Assembly (NCBI GenBank): GCA_965262915.1
Contig: OZ253564.1
Coordinates: 4,320,001-4,384,000, forward strand
DNA from: Candidatus Spongiisociaceae bacterium
GTDB taxonomy: Bacteria; Actinomycetota; Acidimicrobiia; Spongiisociales; Spongiisociaceae
Direction of reading: 5' to 3'
Length of the DNA stretch: 64,000 bases
The position numbers were made by a program, and so were the translations under genes. The notes under the pieces are model-generated. The model was not told the origin of the DNA. It ran no database searches and saw only the letters and a program-made list of their open reading frames with translations. Below, one piece after another: positions 31,499 through 41,485 of this stretch (positions are counted from its first letter, which is position 1; each line of letters opens with the position of its first letter).

Positions 31499-33003
31499 CG
31501 GCTCCGGCTTCCCTGCGCCGGCCCTATCCTTCGTCCGACCAGGATCTCTCCCCGAATCAGCCGGTAGCGACCCTCGGCCAGAACCGGGTCGTCCAGAGCG
31601 CCGTCGGGAAAGTCGTCGGGAACCCGGTCCGTCCGGACCATTACCAGATCCTCCGGCTCAAGATCGTCCTTTGTCTCGGGTCGCAGGGTCCATACCGGCG
31701 CGTCCAGATAATAGGAGACCCAGCGGGGGGTACCGATTCCGGGCGTCACCCAGACGTTCCCAGACGATGGGGCGGCCGACAACTGCTCCACGAGCCTCCC
31801 CGCGTCGCCGGGCGCGGTGAGGTAGTCGTGGCGCGTCGGACCGGTGGCGACTCCGTAGAGCGTGGCAGCGAGCACAACCATACCGAAGGCTCCGAGCAAC
31901 CGGGACGCCCGGTCGACCAGTAACCGGCGGCCGGCGTCGATCAGCGCCGCCAAACCGATGGTCACCGGCGCCACCCAAGGGAAGTTCCAAAGGAGATGTA
32001 TCCAGGCACCCTGCTGGAGGCCGAAAGTCCAAGCGGCCGCAACACCCAGGGTGACACCGACAGGAACCCGCGTACGTCGATCCACCAGCCCGGCCACCAG
32101 TGCGAACGGCGCCAGGGCCCGGAACCACACGGGGGTGAAACGTCCGGCAAATCGCCACTGCCTGGCCAGGAACTCCCCGAACGCGCCCCGCGTCGTATCG
32201 ACTCTGAAGGCCACCCGGTTGCCCAGCTCGCTCGGATCGGTGGCGTTGAGAAGCCATGCGGCGGTGATCAGCACCCCGGCAACGGCCCCCAGCGCCACCC
32301 AGCGGGTCACCGACACCGGGCCCTTCGCAGCGAAGAGCCAGAGGACGAGCAAAGCGATGGCCGCCATCGCGATCCAAGACTGCATGGCGGTCAGGCCGGC
32401 CAGTACAGCTGCGCCCGCAAGGACCGGACCGGGCGGATGGTCCGCCTCGCGTAGGTAAGCGATGGCCGCTGCCGAGGCAACAATCAGGGAGAACCCCACG
32501 CCGATCCGCCCGTACACGAAGTAGAACCCGGTCACGGTCATGGCTCCCACCGCCAGCAGGGTCGGGCCCCAATGGAGCCCCCTGACCCGGAGTAGTGCGG
32601 TCATGAACAGCACCGTTGCCGACCCCATCAGGAACCCGACCGACCGCAGCCCGGCGGGTGTGTCACCGAGCAGACCGACGGACAGGATCGAGACAAACGT
32701 CTGGAGCGGCGGATGGTGGGCGTAGGTCACCGCGGCCCGAGGCGGCGTCTCCCCTGGTGCAACGCCGTACTCGGCCCTTATGTACGGCTCGATCAGTGCG
32801 CCGTAACCCGACTCCACCGCTCCCCGGTTCCAGAAATTGCGGGCCTGCAGACCCGACCGCGCCAGGATGCGTCCGTCGTCGCTGTCGCCCAACGGAAGAT
32901 GGAGGTCCGGCAGCCAGACCGCCAGTACTACAAGAGCGATCAGCCCGGCGACGGTCCATCCCGACCAGAGGCGCGCCGCTATCCCGGTGCCTGATGGCCT
33001 CAT
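31495..33003 (-). CDS. GT-C-like (ArnT/PMT-type) membrane glycosyltransferase
   Basis: Many TMs; DSDDG in the first loop, YAHHPPL motif; 4-bp overlap with the giant GT. Confidence 0.7.
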   Translation of the reverse strand: MRPSGTGIAARLWSGWTVAGLIALVVLAVWLPDLHLPLGDSDDGRILARSGLQARNFWNRGAVESGYGALIEPYIRAEYGVAPGETPPRAAVTYAHHPPLQTFVSILSVGLLGDTPAGLRSVGFLMGSATVLFMTALLRVRGLHWGPTLLAVGAMTVTGFYFVYGRIGVGFSLIVASAAAIAYLREADHPPGPVLAGAAVLAGLTAMQSWIAMAAIALLVLWLFAAKGPVSVTRWVALGAVAGVLITAAWLLNATDPSELGNRVAFRVDTTRGAFGEFLARQWRFAGRFTPVWFRALAPFALVAGLVDRRTRVPVGVTLGVAAAWTFGLQQGAWIHLLWNFPWVAPVTIGLAALIDAGRRLLVDRASRLLGAFGMVVLAATLYGVATGPTRHDYLTAPGDAGRLVEQLSAAPSSGNVWVTPGIGTPRWVSYYLDAPVWTLRPETKDDLEPEDLVMVRTDRVPDDFPDGALDDPVLAEGRYRLIRGEILVGRRIGPAQGSRSR

Positions 33004-33199
33004 GTGCCTTCCATTATATGTCTGGGATGGCGTGCAGTTCGGATCCATCGGAGCAAGACCGGAGTTGTCGTTCCCCTACGGGTGACGACCGACGCAGCCG
33101 GAACAGCACGCCGAGCTTGTCCGGACTGCGGCTTTTCGGATCCAGCCCCTCGGGCCTCTCGGCCTGCTACCGCGGTGCCGATGGCTAGGATCCTCGCTT

Positions 33200-33309
33200 C
33201 GGCTGCTGAAGAACGCCGAGCAATCCACCCTCAGCCCACAGGCCGAGCACCAGCTCTGAGGTCAACGGTTGACAGGGCACAGTAATCGTCATCGTTGTTC
33301 AGCATTCTC
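33200..33309. mobile_element. ~110-bp MITE with IS5/IS1182-like ends
   Basis: GGCTGCTGAAGAAC ... GTTGTTCAGCATTCTC followed by CTAG. Confidence 0.6.
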
Positions 33310-33438
33310 CTAGTATCCTGATGCGGGGATTCATTGGAGATAGTTGGTGAGGTTGTTGAAGATTTGGTGGGCGGTCTTGTGCCAGATGAACGTTTTTTTG
33401 GGTCTTGGTTCCAGTGGGTGACCCATCCAGGACACTAG
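33310..33438 (-). mobile_element. Internally deleted IS630-family element
   Basis: Ends CTAGTATCCTGA / CCAGGACACTAG; the minus strand encodes PKKTFIWHKTAHQIFNNLTNYLQ*, resembling the IS630 transposase C-terminus (PFxWTKTADxIL). Confidence 0.75.
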
Positions 33439-34733
33439 AGTCCAAGTCGGGTCAGAAACCGGTCCGTGGCGAGTTGTAAACCCCGTACCGGACCGTCGAG
33501 CCTTCCAGGCGGTCGGACCAGATCCCATCCTTCCATCTCCTTGACATGCTTCCGCTCCATTGGCTCCAGATATGCCAGGACACGTTCGCGGATCATCATT
33601 CGCCATTCTGGGTCACAAAATTCGAATGTGCCCGTATGAACCCGCATCGGCCACTCGGACCTGATCGCGGGTAGAGGGGCCAATCTATCTACGACAAACA
33701 TCGGCAAGTTCTCAACCCTGTCCCGTGCGTAACAAAAGGTATGGCCATAATACAGCGGCTTCCGTTCGAGAAACTCGTGGATGTATTCACGATCGTACGG
33801 CTCCCAATCAGGAAGATAATCGGAATCAAGCACCGCGCGGATCACATCTCTACGAAAACACTTTGTACATCGAAGACATGCCTTACCGTCGTGTTCCATA
33901 CAATAGACCACATCTCCCGAGTGAACGAGGTCGAGTGAGAGTTGCATCGTCACGTACTCGCTCACTCCACAGACAGGTGAGAACACCGGTATTCCTACTT
34001 CATTGAAAGCAGTCTGCCAGAAGTTACCTGTGACTCCATGCCGCTTTCGTGCCCTGAAACGATTCCAGTATCTCGTCCCGTTATACAGGAGCGTATTGGC
34101 GAGCGTAGATCCCATTAGAATGATCCCGAAATCGTAGTCGGTAGCCAGCAGAAGCGACGTGGCAAACGCGCATGTCCATCCATGCCAGCCTCCCGGGTAG
34201 GAAACGTATCTCTGGTTGGTTGTTACAATCTTTCCCATGTCAGGACCCAAGCTACGCACGATCTCGTGGGTATGAGAGGGTACTAGCCTTCCTTGCCTGA
34301 GGTGTGCCTCATGGACGACATATGCGTCAGGAAACATCACGCGAATGGCACTGGAGTCGATTCCTCCACCAAAGGAAAGTGCCATCTTCGAACCCGAGTA
34401 CTTGTCGAGCTTGGGATCAACGTTGGCGAACCTGAACACACGGCCAAAATTCGGTCTTTTGAACGCTGCTTCGAGTCGGGGAGAAACAGGCACAGGGAAT
34501 ACAACCCGGTGACCGATGAAGGGATAGAAGATGATCAGGCAAAGGAGTCCGAGTAGATCGGGGTGAATCGATTGTACGGCACAGTCGAATGTGATTTCCT
34601 CACCGGAGTAGGTGATCTCTTGGCCATGGCCTTCCTGCCTCTCCCCCGTCTGCTTATCTCCGAGCTCGAAAATGGCGCGCAGGGTTGATGTTTGTCCCTG
34701 GGACTCGAACTCGAAAATCATCGTGGTCTCCAT
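33435..34733 (-). CDS. DUF6395-like protein (PP-loop-like motif), lower GC
   Basis: HPDLLGL...YPF, ALSFGGGIDSSA and CLRCTKCFR; visibly more AT-rich than neighbouring genes. Confidence 0.65.
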   Translation of the reverse strand: METTMIFEFESQGQTSTLRAIFELGDKQTGERQEGHGQEITYSGEEITFDCAVQSIHPDLLGLLCLIIFYPFIGHRVVFPVPVSPRLEAAFKRPNFGRVFRFANVDPKLDKYSGSKMALSFGGGIDSSAIRVMFPDAYVVHEAHLRQGRLVPSHTHEIVRSLGPDMGKIVTTNQRYVSYPGGWHGWTCAFATSLLLATDYDFGIILMGSTLANTLLYNGTRYWNRFRARKRHGVTGNFWQTAFNEVGIPVFSPVCGVSEYVTMQLSLDLVHSGDVVYCMEHDGKACLRCTKCFRRDVIRAVLDSDYLPDWEPYDREYIHEFLERKPLYYGHTFCYARDRVENLPMFVVDRLAPLPAIRSEWPMRVHTGTFEFCDPEWRMMIRERVLAYLEPMERKHVKEMEGWDLVRPPGRLDGPVRGLQLATDRFLTRLGL

Positions 34734-34791
34734 TGCAGTGAGCCGTTCGAAGCTCTGGTGAGAGTTGTAAAGTACTATAGACCTTGTACTC

Positions 34792-36228
34792 TTACTTACT
34801 GCGTCGTAGAGCGGCGCCCGTAACGAGGCCATAACGGCCCCTGTGGGCCATCGTATCCGGATTCGTCGCCATCCACGACGGCAATCGGTCAAGGCGAACC
34901 AGAGCGAGTTCCGTGTCGCCTACGCCGTCTGCAGTACCGGCGGTCAATTCGGTCACTGGCAGGTCCCAGTAATAGCTTACCCAGCGCGGCACCGGATCCA
35001 CGCCCCCAACCACCCAAGCCATCGTCTGTCCAGACGCCGGGCCGGTTTCCCGTAGCAGCACGCCGGCGTCGGAAGGGCTCCGGAAGTAGGCATCGCGGTA
35101 CGGCGCCAGGCGGGCGAATCCGGCCACCGCGAGGAGCACCAACGCGAGCGCTGCCCCGATCAACACCGGCTTGCCGTCGAACCGACCTGCTGCCCGATCC
35201 AGAATCACGGCCAGACCCAAGAACACCGGAACCAGCAGCGGATAGGTCCAGTAATCGTGGACGTACGCTGCGGCGGGGGCCGCCAGCGTCCACATTCCGA
35301 GAGCGACCAGGATCGCGCCGGACGCCCCTCTGGTCCGCCGGTCCACCAGGGCCACGACCAGCGCCGGGACGATCATCCACCGGAACCACCATGGAAACAG
35401 GGTCCCGTAGAACCACTCGTAGTTATCGACGAGTCCGGCCCATCCCGACCACCGGAGCCGGGATCGGGTATGGCCGGCCAACTCGCCCGCGTCACCCACG
35501 GCCAGCGCCCAGAACAAGGCCAGGGCCACCATCGCGAGACCGACGGCCCCCACCGCCATGGCCCTCCTTCGGTTCGGGCCCTCGCGCATCCCCGACCCGG
35601 AAGCCAGAACGATCAGCGCGGCGCCCATCCACGACGACAGGGCCGTCAACCCTGCGGCGATCAACAGCACGCCGTGGCTCCCTCCCATCCTCCGGTGCCG
35701 GTACCAGAGGGCCAGGAACACCACCATGATCGACACGCCGAGCCCCAGACGGGCGTAGATCCAGAACATGGGAGTGGCCGCCACCAAGGCCATCACCACC
35801 ACGGAGACGCCCGCCCCCAAATCCAGTTCCCCAGCCAGCCAGAGCAGCCCGGCCACCGTTCCCAGCCCGGCGGCGTACCCGATCGCGTGCAACTGCCATT
35901 CGCCCTGCCCGAGCACCGAACCGACCGCGGCGTGCAGGATGTTCATCAGCGGGGGGTGATGGACGTAGGGGTCGGACGAGAAGGGCGCCATCGACGCCAG
36001 GTAATCCGACCCCGGCAGGCCGCCTTCGACGAAGTTGCGAACCACGAGACCGAACCGTCCGTTGATGCGTCCGTTATGGCTGGCGCCGAGCGGGAGGAAC
36101 AACAGCTCCCACCAACCGGCCCCCAGCACGGCGGCGATCACCGTCCCACCGGCCACCCTGACCGGAGTGTCCCGACGGAGCAGGTCGAGGACGGGGCCGC
36201 CATTCATCCGCCGGAGCCTATCCGTCAC
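34792..36228 (-). CDS. GT-C-like membrane glycosyltransferase, paralogue of 31495-33003
   Basis: LPLGASHNG, YVHHPPL, IYARLG and PRWVSYY, matching the corresponding segments of the paralogue. Confidence 0.7.
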   Translation of the reverse strand: MTDRLRRMNGGPVLDLLRRDTPVRVAGGTVIAAVLGAGWWELLFLPLGASHNGRINGRFGLVVRNFVEGGLPGSDYLASMAPFSSDPYVHHPPLMNILHAAVGSVLGQGEWQLHAIGYAAGLGTVAGLLWLAGELDLGAGVSVVVMALVAATPMFWIYARLGLGVSIMVVFLALWYRHRRMGGSHGVLLIAAGLTALSSWMGAALIVLASGSGMREGPNRRRAMAVGAVGLAMVALALFWALAVGDAGELAGHTRSRLRWSGWAGLVDNYEWFYGTLFPWWFRWMIVPALVVALVDRRTRGASGAILVALGMWTLAAPAAAYVHDYWTYPLLVPVFLGLAVILDRAAGRFDGKPVLIGAALALVLLAVAGFARLAPYRDAYFRSPSDAGVLLRETGPASGQTMAWVVGGVDPVPRWVSYYWDLPVTELTAGTADGVGDTELALVRLDRLPSWMATNPDTMAHRGRYGLVTGAALRRSK

Positions 36229-36252
36229 CCCGCCACTGAGCGGTAGATCGGA

Positions 36253-36969
36253 TCAAGCCGGCTTCCGAGCGGCGGCGATGACTCCTCTCAACTGGTCGAT
36301 AGTCGGCCGGCCGGCAAGACCTTCCGGGGTTCGATATACGCGGCACGCCAACCCGACTCGGGCGGAGGGATCGAAGAACGGGTCGACTCCGTCGACCAGG
36401 ACCGTGGGCGAACCCCGGAACCCGTGTTCCAGCGCTGCTTCCGGGGTCTCGATCCGCTGGTACCGGACCCTGACGCCGAGCTGGTCGAGGTGACGCCCGG
36501 TGGTCTCCCAGTTGGGACAACCATCGAAGTACTGGAGGGTGACGTCGACGGCCGATTCCCTCGGCAGGCCCGGGCTGGGGGGGTCGACCAGATGGCAGAT
36601 GCAGTGGAGGGGCCAGTCGTCCTCCACCCCTTCGGCTTCGGTCCGGAGAACGACCAGATTCTCCCGCGCCCGGCGAAGCTCCTCGATCCGGCGGTCCATG
36701 GCGGATATCTCCCGGACGATGGCTTGCCTCAGTAGGTCACACGGCGCAACCCCGCTGCTACACATGGACACGATTTCGCGAATGTCCCCGAGCGAGAGCT
36801 CGAGAGAACGCAACTGCCGGACGAACCTCAGCAGGTCCACGTCTTCCTCTGTGTAATCCCGGTACCCCTCCGGGGTCCGGGTGGGACGGGGAACTATCCC
36901 CTGCGCCTCGTAGTAGCGGATCGCAGATGCTCTCAACCCCGCCGAACGGGCCGCCTCGCCGATCAACAC
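36253..36969 (-). CDS. MerR-family metal-responsive regulator fused to a thioredoxin-fold domain
   Basis: IGEAAR...IRYYE...GYRDY HTH; PC and CICH cysteines; C-terminal YFDGCPNW...FRGSPT...ACRVY. Confidence 0.85.
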   Translation of the reverse strand: MLIGEAARSAGLRASAIRYYEAQGIVPRPTRTPEGYRDYTEEDVDLLRFVRQLRSLELSLGDIREIVSMCSSGVAPCDLLRQAIVREISAMDRRIEELRRARENLVVLRTEAEGVEDDWPLHCICHLVDPPSPGLPRESAVDVTLQYFDGCPNWETTGRHLDQLGVRVRYQRIETPEAALEHGFRGSPTVLVDGVDPFFDPSARVGLACRVYRTPEGLAGRPTIDQLRGVIAAARKPA

Positions 36970-37295
36970 CTATCGTCCCCCGCAGTCACAACAGCGTGAT
37001 CGGGTAGGCGTGCCTGCCTGCCCACCCCCGGGAGTTCGACCCCCGTGAGATCGCGAAAAACGCCGCCCGCGGACCGTTGCTCCGGGCCCTCCCCCACCAC
37101 CACCCTGCCAGGGTTCCGAGCGCGTTCCTCCCGCCCCCGGCGGGCCATCCGGCTCCGAGACTCAATGATCCCTCGGGCGGTCGAACGACGTCCGGTTCGA
37201 CACCGCCCCGGTGTTTGGTACCACCCATAGTGCAACACGACTGTGACAGGGTCAACCCCCTCGCACAGGAAACTATTCGCGATTCGGTCCACCTA
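36970..37295 (-). mobile_element. Diverged third member of element family C
   Basis: Minus strand shares GGGGGTTGAC..TGTCACAGTC..GTTGCA, AAACACC, AGGGATCAT, TCGGAGCCG, GGGCCCG and GGCGTTTTTCGCG in the same order as 7431-7826; degenerate ends TAGGTGGACCGAATC / GGGGACGATAG. Confidence 0.7.
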
Positions 37296-37304
37296 ACCCG
37301 AACG

Positions 37305-37335
37305 AATCTACACCTTCATCCCGGTCGAAGGTCAA
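37305..37335 (-). promoter_or_regulatory. MerR/CueR-type promoter-operator
   Basis: Minus strand TTGACC-19 bp-TAGATT with dyad ACCTTC-N9-GAAGGT, pointing at the MerR gene. Confidence 0.8.
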
Positions 37336-37387
37336 GTCCGGGCGGCCGGGCTTGCTGCGCGGCGCTCGGGCGGTCAAACTCGCAGGC

Positions 37388-38317
37388 GTGACATCAGACG
37401 CAGCGGTAGACGTGAGCATCGTGCTGCCGGTCTTCAACGAGGCCGGACACCTCGGGAGAGAGGTCGAGCGGATCAGGGAAGCGATGGACGCGTCGCCTTA
37501 CGAGTACGAGATCCTGGTGGTCGACGACGGTTCGACCGACGGCGGCGTGGCCGAGTTGGAGGATATGGACGACATCCGCCTGGTCGCGTTCGAGCAGAAC
37601 CGCGGCTCCGGGGCTGCTCGCAGGGCCGGAACCTCGCTGGCCAGGGGCGATGTGGTGGTCTGGACGGACGCCGACATGACCTACCCGAACGACCTGATCC
37701 CGGCGTTGGTGGGTCTCCTGCCCGGATGGGACATGGTGGTGGGGGCCCGGAAGTCCGAAGGCGGCTCCCACAAGCTGTTCCGGGTTCCCATCAAGTGGGC
37801 GATCCGCATGCTGGCGTCGTTCCTGACGATGACCAGGATTCCTGACCTCAACTCGGGCTTTCGCGCCTTCCGCCGGGTGGTGGCCGGCCAGTACCTCCAC
37901 CTGCTGCCCTCCGGCTTCAGTTGCGTCACCACCCTGACGATGAGCTTTCTCTCCAACGGGTACTCGGTTCGCTACACACCGATCGAGTACGCGGCCCGGG
38001 CAGGCAGGTCCAAGTTCCACTGGTGGAAGGACACCGCCCTCTACATCAGGCAGGTGCTCCGCATGGTCCTGCTGTGGAACCCCTTGCGCTTCTTCGCGCC
38101 GGTCGGCGTGACCCTGGGCGTCTCCGGGTTGGGGAAGCTGCTCTACGACCTGGTCACCAAGGATCTGCGGGTGGCGACCAATACGGTGACGTTGCTCCTG
38201 TCCGCCGTAGCCGTCCTCCTCCTGGCCTTGGGGGCCGACCTCCTGGTCCTGCTCAACCGGCCTCGGGACATGGTGCTGCCCGCCACATCGGATCCCGAAG
38301 ACCGCCCGGGCCGCTGA
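37388..38317 (+). CDS. GT2 polyprenol-phosphate glycosyltransferase (DPM1-like)
   Basis: VSIVLPVFNE, VDDGSTD, NRGSGAA, TDADMTY, DLNSGFR and two C-terminal TMs. Confidence 0.9.
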   Translation: MTSDAAVDVSIVLPVFNEAGHLGREVERIREAMDASPYEYEILVVDDGSTDGGVAELEDMDDIRLVAFEQNRGSGAARRAGTSLARGDVVVWTDADMTYPNDLIPALVGLLPGWDMVVGARKSEGGSHKLFRVPIKWAIRMLASFLTMTRIPDLNSGFRAFRRVVAGQYLHLLPSGFSCVTTLTMSFLSNGYSVRYTPIEYAARAGRSKFHWWKDTALYIRQVLRMVLLWNPLRFFAPVGVTLGVSGLGKLLYDLVTKDLRVATNTVTLLLSAVAVLLLALGADLLVLLNRPRDMVLPATSDPEDRPGR

Positions 38318-38434
38318 GCAGACCGTAGGGAGGCGCTGGAGGGTGAGGTTCGTACTGCGGTCAGGGGGGCGCCCGCCCGGAGCAGCCGGCCGCACATGTG
38401 GCTGCCGGGGCCACCGGGAAGGCTCGGGCTCCCA

Positions 38435-39508
38435 ATGACCCGCCGCATCGCCGTCGCCGGTTGGATCGGTTCGGACAATCTCGGCGACGAGCTCATCCTG
38501 AGGGCATTGGCCGGATCGCTGCGCGCCCGGGGGGCGGAGCCGGTTGCCATCACGATCGACCCGCACCGGACCACCCGCACCCACGGAATCGATGCCCTCG
38601 TCCACCGATCCCCCCTCGACACGCTGCGCTTGGCCCGGTCGCTGCGGGACATGCACGGGCTGGTGGTCACAGGTGGGTTGATACAGACCGAGACATCGGT
38701 GTGGAACGTACCGTTCCACGCCTTGAGGATGCGGGCCGGCGCCCGGTTGCCCGGTTGTGCAGTCGGTCTCGGGGTGGGGAGGGTGAGCGGGCCTGTCCCG
38801 GTCGCGGTGGCCCGTCGCGCCCTTCGGCGGTTGGAGATGGTCGTGGTACGTGACCACGACTCCGCCGATCGGCTGCTCGGCTGGGGACTTCGCAACGTCC
38901 GGGTGGGGAGCGATCCCGTCATCGGTGAACCCGTCGGACCCGTCGTTGCCGAGGACACGATGTGCGTGATCCTGCGACCCCCCAACCGCCGGGGAGTCGG
39001 TACGGCCGCCACCAAGGCCGGTCCTCCCTCCCCCGCCCGGTCCGTTGCCATCGCCGCCGCTCTCGACGCCGTGGCGCGAGCTACCGGATTGTCAACCCGC
39101 ATGGTGGCTTTCCAGGAGAGCCGGGACATGGCGATTCACCGATCGGTCGCGGAGCACCTGGGCTCGGAGGCCGAGTTGGCGGCGCCCGGGCTCGACGACG
39201 TGCTCGACGAAGTGGGCAAGAGCCGCCTGGTGATCACGATGCGCTACCACGGAGCCATCGCCGCCCTTCTCCACGGAAGGCCGGCGGTCCTGCTCGACTA
39301 CTCACCCAAGATGTCGTCCCTGGCTGCGGAAGGGGGACGGTGGGCCCCGCTGGTCACATCTCTCCAGCCCGAGCCCGACCGCCTGGTGCGAGCCGCCGAA
39401 GCCGCCATCGGGGTCGCCGCCCGGGCGAGCGAAGTGCGGGAGCTCCTCAGGGAGCGCCTGTCCGAGAACGACCGGGCACTGGACATCGTTATCGGCCGCG
39501 GTCCATGA
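38435..39508 (+). CDS. Polysaccharide pyruvyl transferase (CsaB-like)
   Basis: GWIGSDNLGDELIL, VTGGLIQ, GLGVG, VRDHDS, MRYHG and YSPK motifs. Confidence 0.85.
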   Translation: MTRRIAVAGWIGSDNLGDELILRALAGSLRARGAEPVAITIDPHRTTRTHGIDALVHRSPLDTLRLARSLRDMHGLVVTGGLIQTETSVWNVPFHALRMRAGARLPGCAVGLGVGRVSGPVPVAVARRALRRLEMVVVRDHDSADRLLGWGLRNVRVGSDPVIGEPVGPVVAEDTMCVILRPPNRRGVGTAATKAGPPSPARSVAIAAALDAVARATGLSTRMVAFQESRDMAIHRSVAEHLGSEAELAAPGLDDVLDEVGKSRLVITMRYHGAIAALLHGRPAVLLDYSPKMSSLAAEGGRWAPLVTSLQPEPDRLVRAAEAAIGVAARASEVRELLRERLSENDRALDIVIGRGP

Positions 39509-40482
39509 AGAGACTGAAACCCCTGCTAAGGGCGCTGCGGATCGCCTACTTGATAGGACTGGCAGTCCTGATCGCATGGGTGGTGCGCTCCGAGTGGTCG
39601 GAAGTGATGGGATTGGTGGAAGGCGCCCGGCCGGCGCCCATCGCCGTTTCGCTGCTGGCGAGCTTCGGCCTGATCTGGATAGGCGCCTGGTTCTGGGTGG
39701 TGAGCCTTCGGACCCAGGGTTACCGTGCATCTCCTCTCGGGGTGCTCAACGAAGCGGTCCTGGCCACCTCCCGATCCCTGCCGGCCCGCTACGTGCCGGG
39801 CTCGGTGTGGTTCGCGGTGGGGAGGGTAGGGCTGCTGCGTAACGCCGGGATACCTCTCGGGCCGCTCAGCGCCACCGCGATACTCGAGATGGCCACCAGC
39901 CTGACCGTGGTGCTCATTTGCGGCCTGGCGGTGCTCGGCCTCTCCGGAGGCATTCCCGTGAGTGCAACCTGGATGATCGCCCTGGCCCTGGCCCTGATCG
40001 CCGCCACCTCCCCTGCCGTGGGCGGGAGAGTGGTGGCCTGGCTGGCGGCGCGCCGGGGCATCGGGTTCTCCCTCAGCTGGCGCGGGTACCTGCAGTTGAT
40101 AGGCATCAACCTGGTTTTCTGGGGATGGTCGGCCTTCACATTCCTCCTGTACCTGCGCTCGTTCCCCGCCACCGACGGCTACAGCACGATCCTGGTGGTA
40201 GGAGGGTTCCTCTTGACCTGGGGTATCGGGTTCCTGGCGCCCTTCGCCCCCCAAGGAATCGGAGTGTTCGAGGTAACGATGGCCACCGTGCTGCAGGCGG
40301 AGGGGGTGGCCGGGACCGCGGTGGTACTGGGCGGCTACCGGCTCGTGCTAGTGGCCAGGGACCTCGTAGCGACCTCCGCGGCCGAGTTCATAGCCACTCG
40401 GAGAGCACTTCGAGGACCAGGACCGAAGGATCGACCTCGGGAACCCGGTACGGACGACGGAACCGATCCGGGTCCTCGATGA
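39505..40482 (+). CDS. LPG-synthase-TM-domain / flippase-like membrane protein
   Basis: Multi-TM; RYVPGSVW and APQGIGVFE motifs; ATGA overlap with the upstream gene. Confidence 0.75.
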   Translation: MKRLKPLLRALRIAYLIGLAVLIAWVVRSEWSEVMGLVEGARPAPIAVSLLASFGLIWIGAWFWVVSLRTQGYRASPLGVLNEAVLATSRSLPARYVPGSVWFAVGRVGLLRNAGIPLGPLSATAILEMATSLTVVLICGLAVLGLSGGIPVSATWMIALALALIAATSPAVGGRVVAWLAARRGIGFSLSWRGYLQLIGINLVFWGWSAFTFLLYLRSFPATDGYSTILVVGGFLLTWGIGFLAPFAPQGIGVFEVTMATVLQAEGVAGTAVVLGGYRLVLVARDLVATSAAEFIATRRALRGPGPKDRPREPGTDDGTDPGPR

Positions 40483-41452
40483 ATCCTTGGACGACCGACG
40501 GGTCGTAGCGGCTCAACACCACGTTGGCGCCCACCCCGTCGGAGCGATCCGTGCGCTTGCGCCACAGCAGGGTGGGAACGCCCAGCATGGCGCACTCCTC
40601 CTGGATCGATCCGCCGTCGGTGACCACGAAGGGGGCAGCGGCCACCATGTTCAAGAACTCGGCATGGCCCACCAGATCCATCAACTCCACACCGGAGCGC
40701 TCCAGCCGCTGCATAGCCCGGTCACCGAGCGCTCCGATGGTCGGCTGGTGGAGGAGCCAACGTACCGGGCGGTCGGCGGCCAGCTGCTCCGCGAGGGCCG
40801 CCAGCCCTTCCCGCCTGGTCCGGCGGTGGAGGTTCTCCACCCGGTGCATGGTAATGATCACCGGTCCCGTACCCCCGCCAACCGGATCCGCCCTCCGCAA
40901 CGACTCGAGCACCGTGTTGCCGGGTAGCGGCACGATCCGGCCCGTGACGCGCATGGCCTCGAGGTTGCGCACTGCCTCGTCGTCAGGAGCGAACAGCAGA
41001 TCGGCCCGCCGCGCCACCAGATGGCGGATCAGTTCCTCGGGGAACGGGTGCAGCCAGCGGCCCGACCGCAGGCCCGCTTCGAGATGGGCCACAGCCAAGC
41101 CCGCCCGGCGAGCCATGATCGTGCTGAGCAGGGTCGAGGGCGTGTCCCCGTGGACGACGCACACTCCTCCCAGGCCGCCGAACACCCCCTCGCGGAGGCG
41201 GCGTTTCGACAGGAGACGGCCCGCCAGCCGGAATGTCCAACCGATGGCCTGGGGGATCGAGGTGACGTCGACCCCGTCGCCGAGTCGCACGTCGGGAGGC
41301 CGGATTCCCATCTCCTCCTGGAACGAAGCGGCGAGCACCGCGTGCTGGCCGGAGTCGATGAGCCGGTAGTCGACGCCGCGCGCGTCCATGAGCCGGAGCA
41401 GCGGCGCGGTCTTGATGTATTGCGCCTTGGTGCCGATGAACACCTGGATCAT
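40388..41452 (-). CDS. Non-hydrolysing UDP-GlcNAc 2-epimerase (WecB/MnaA-like)
   Basis: GTKAQYIK, SGQH, HGDT, HLEAGLRS, FPEE, TMHRVEN and TDGGSIQEE. Confidence 0.88.
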   Translation of the reverse strand: MIQVFIGTKAQYIKTAPLLRLMDARGVDYRLIDSGQHAVLAASFQEEMGIRPPDVRLGDGVDVTSIPQAIGWTFRLAGRLLSKRRLREGVFGGLGGVCVVHGDTPSTLLSTIMARRAGLAVAHLEAGLRSGRWLHPFPEELIRHLVARRADLLFAPDDEAVRNLEAMRVTGRIVPLPGNTVLESLRRADPVGGGTGPVIITMHRVENLHRRTRREGLAALAEQLAADRPVRWLLHQPTIGALGDRAMQRLERSGVELMDLVGHAEFLNMVAAAPFVVTDGGSIQEECAMLGVPTLLWRKRTDRSDGVGANVVLSRYDPSVVQGFIEDPDRFRRPYRVPEVDPSVLVLEVLSEWL

Positions 41453-41485
41453 GCCCGGCTGCACGGCTTCTCGTTACGGCAACCC

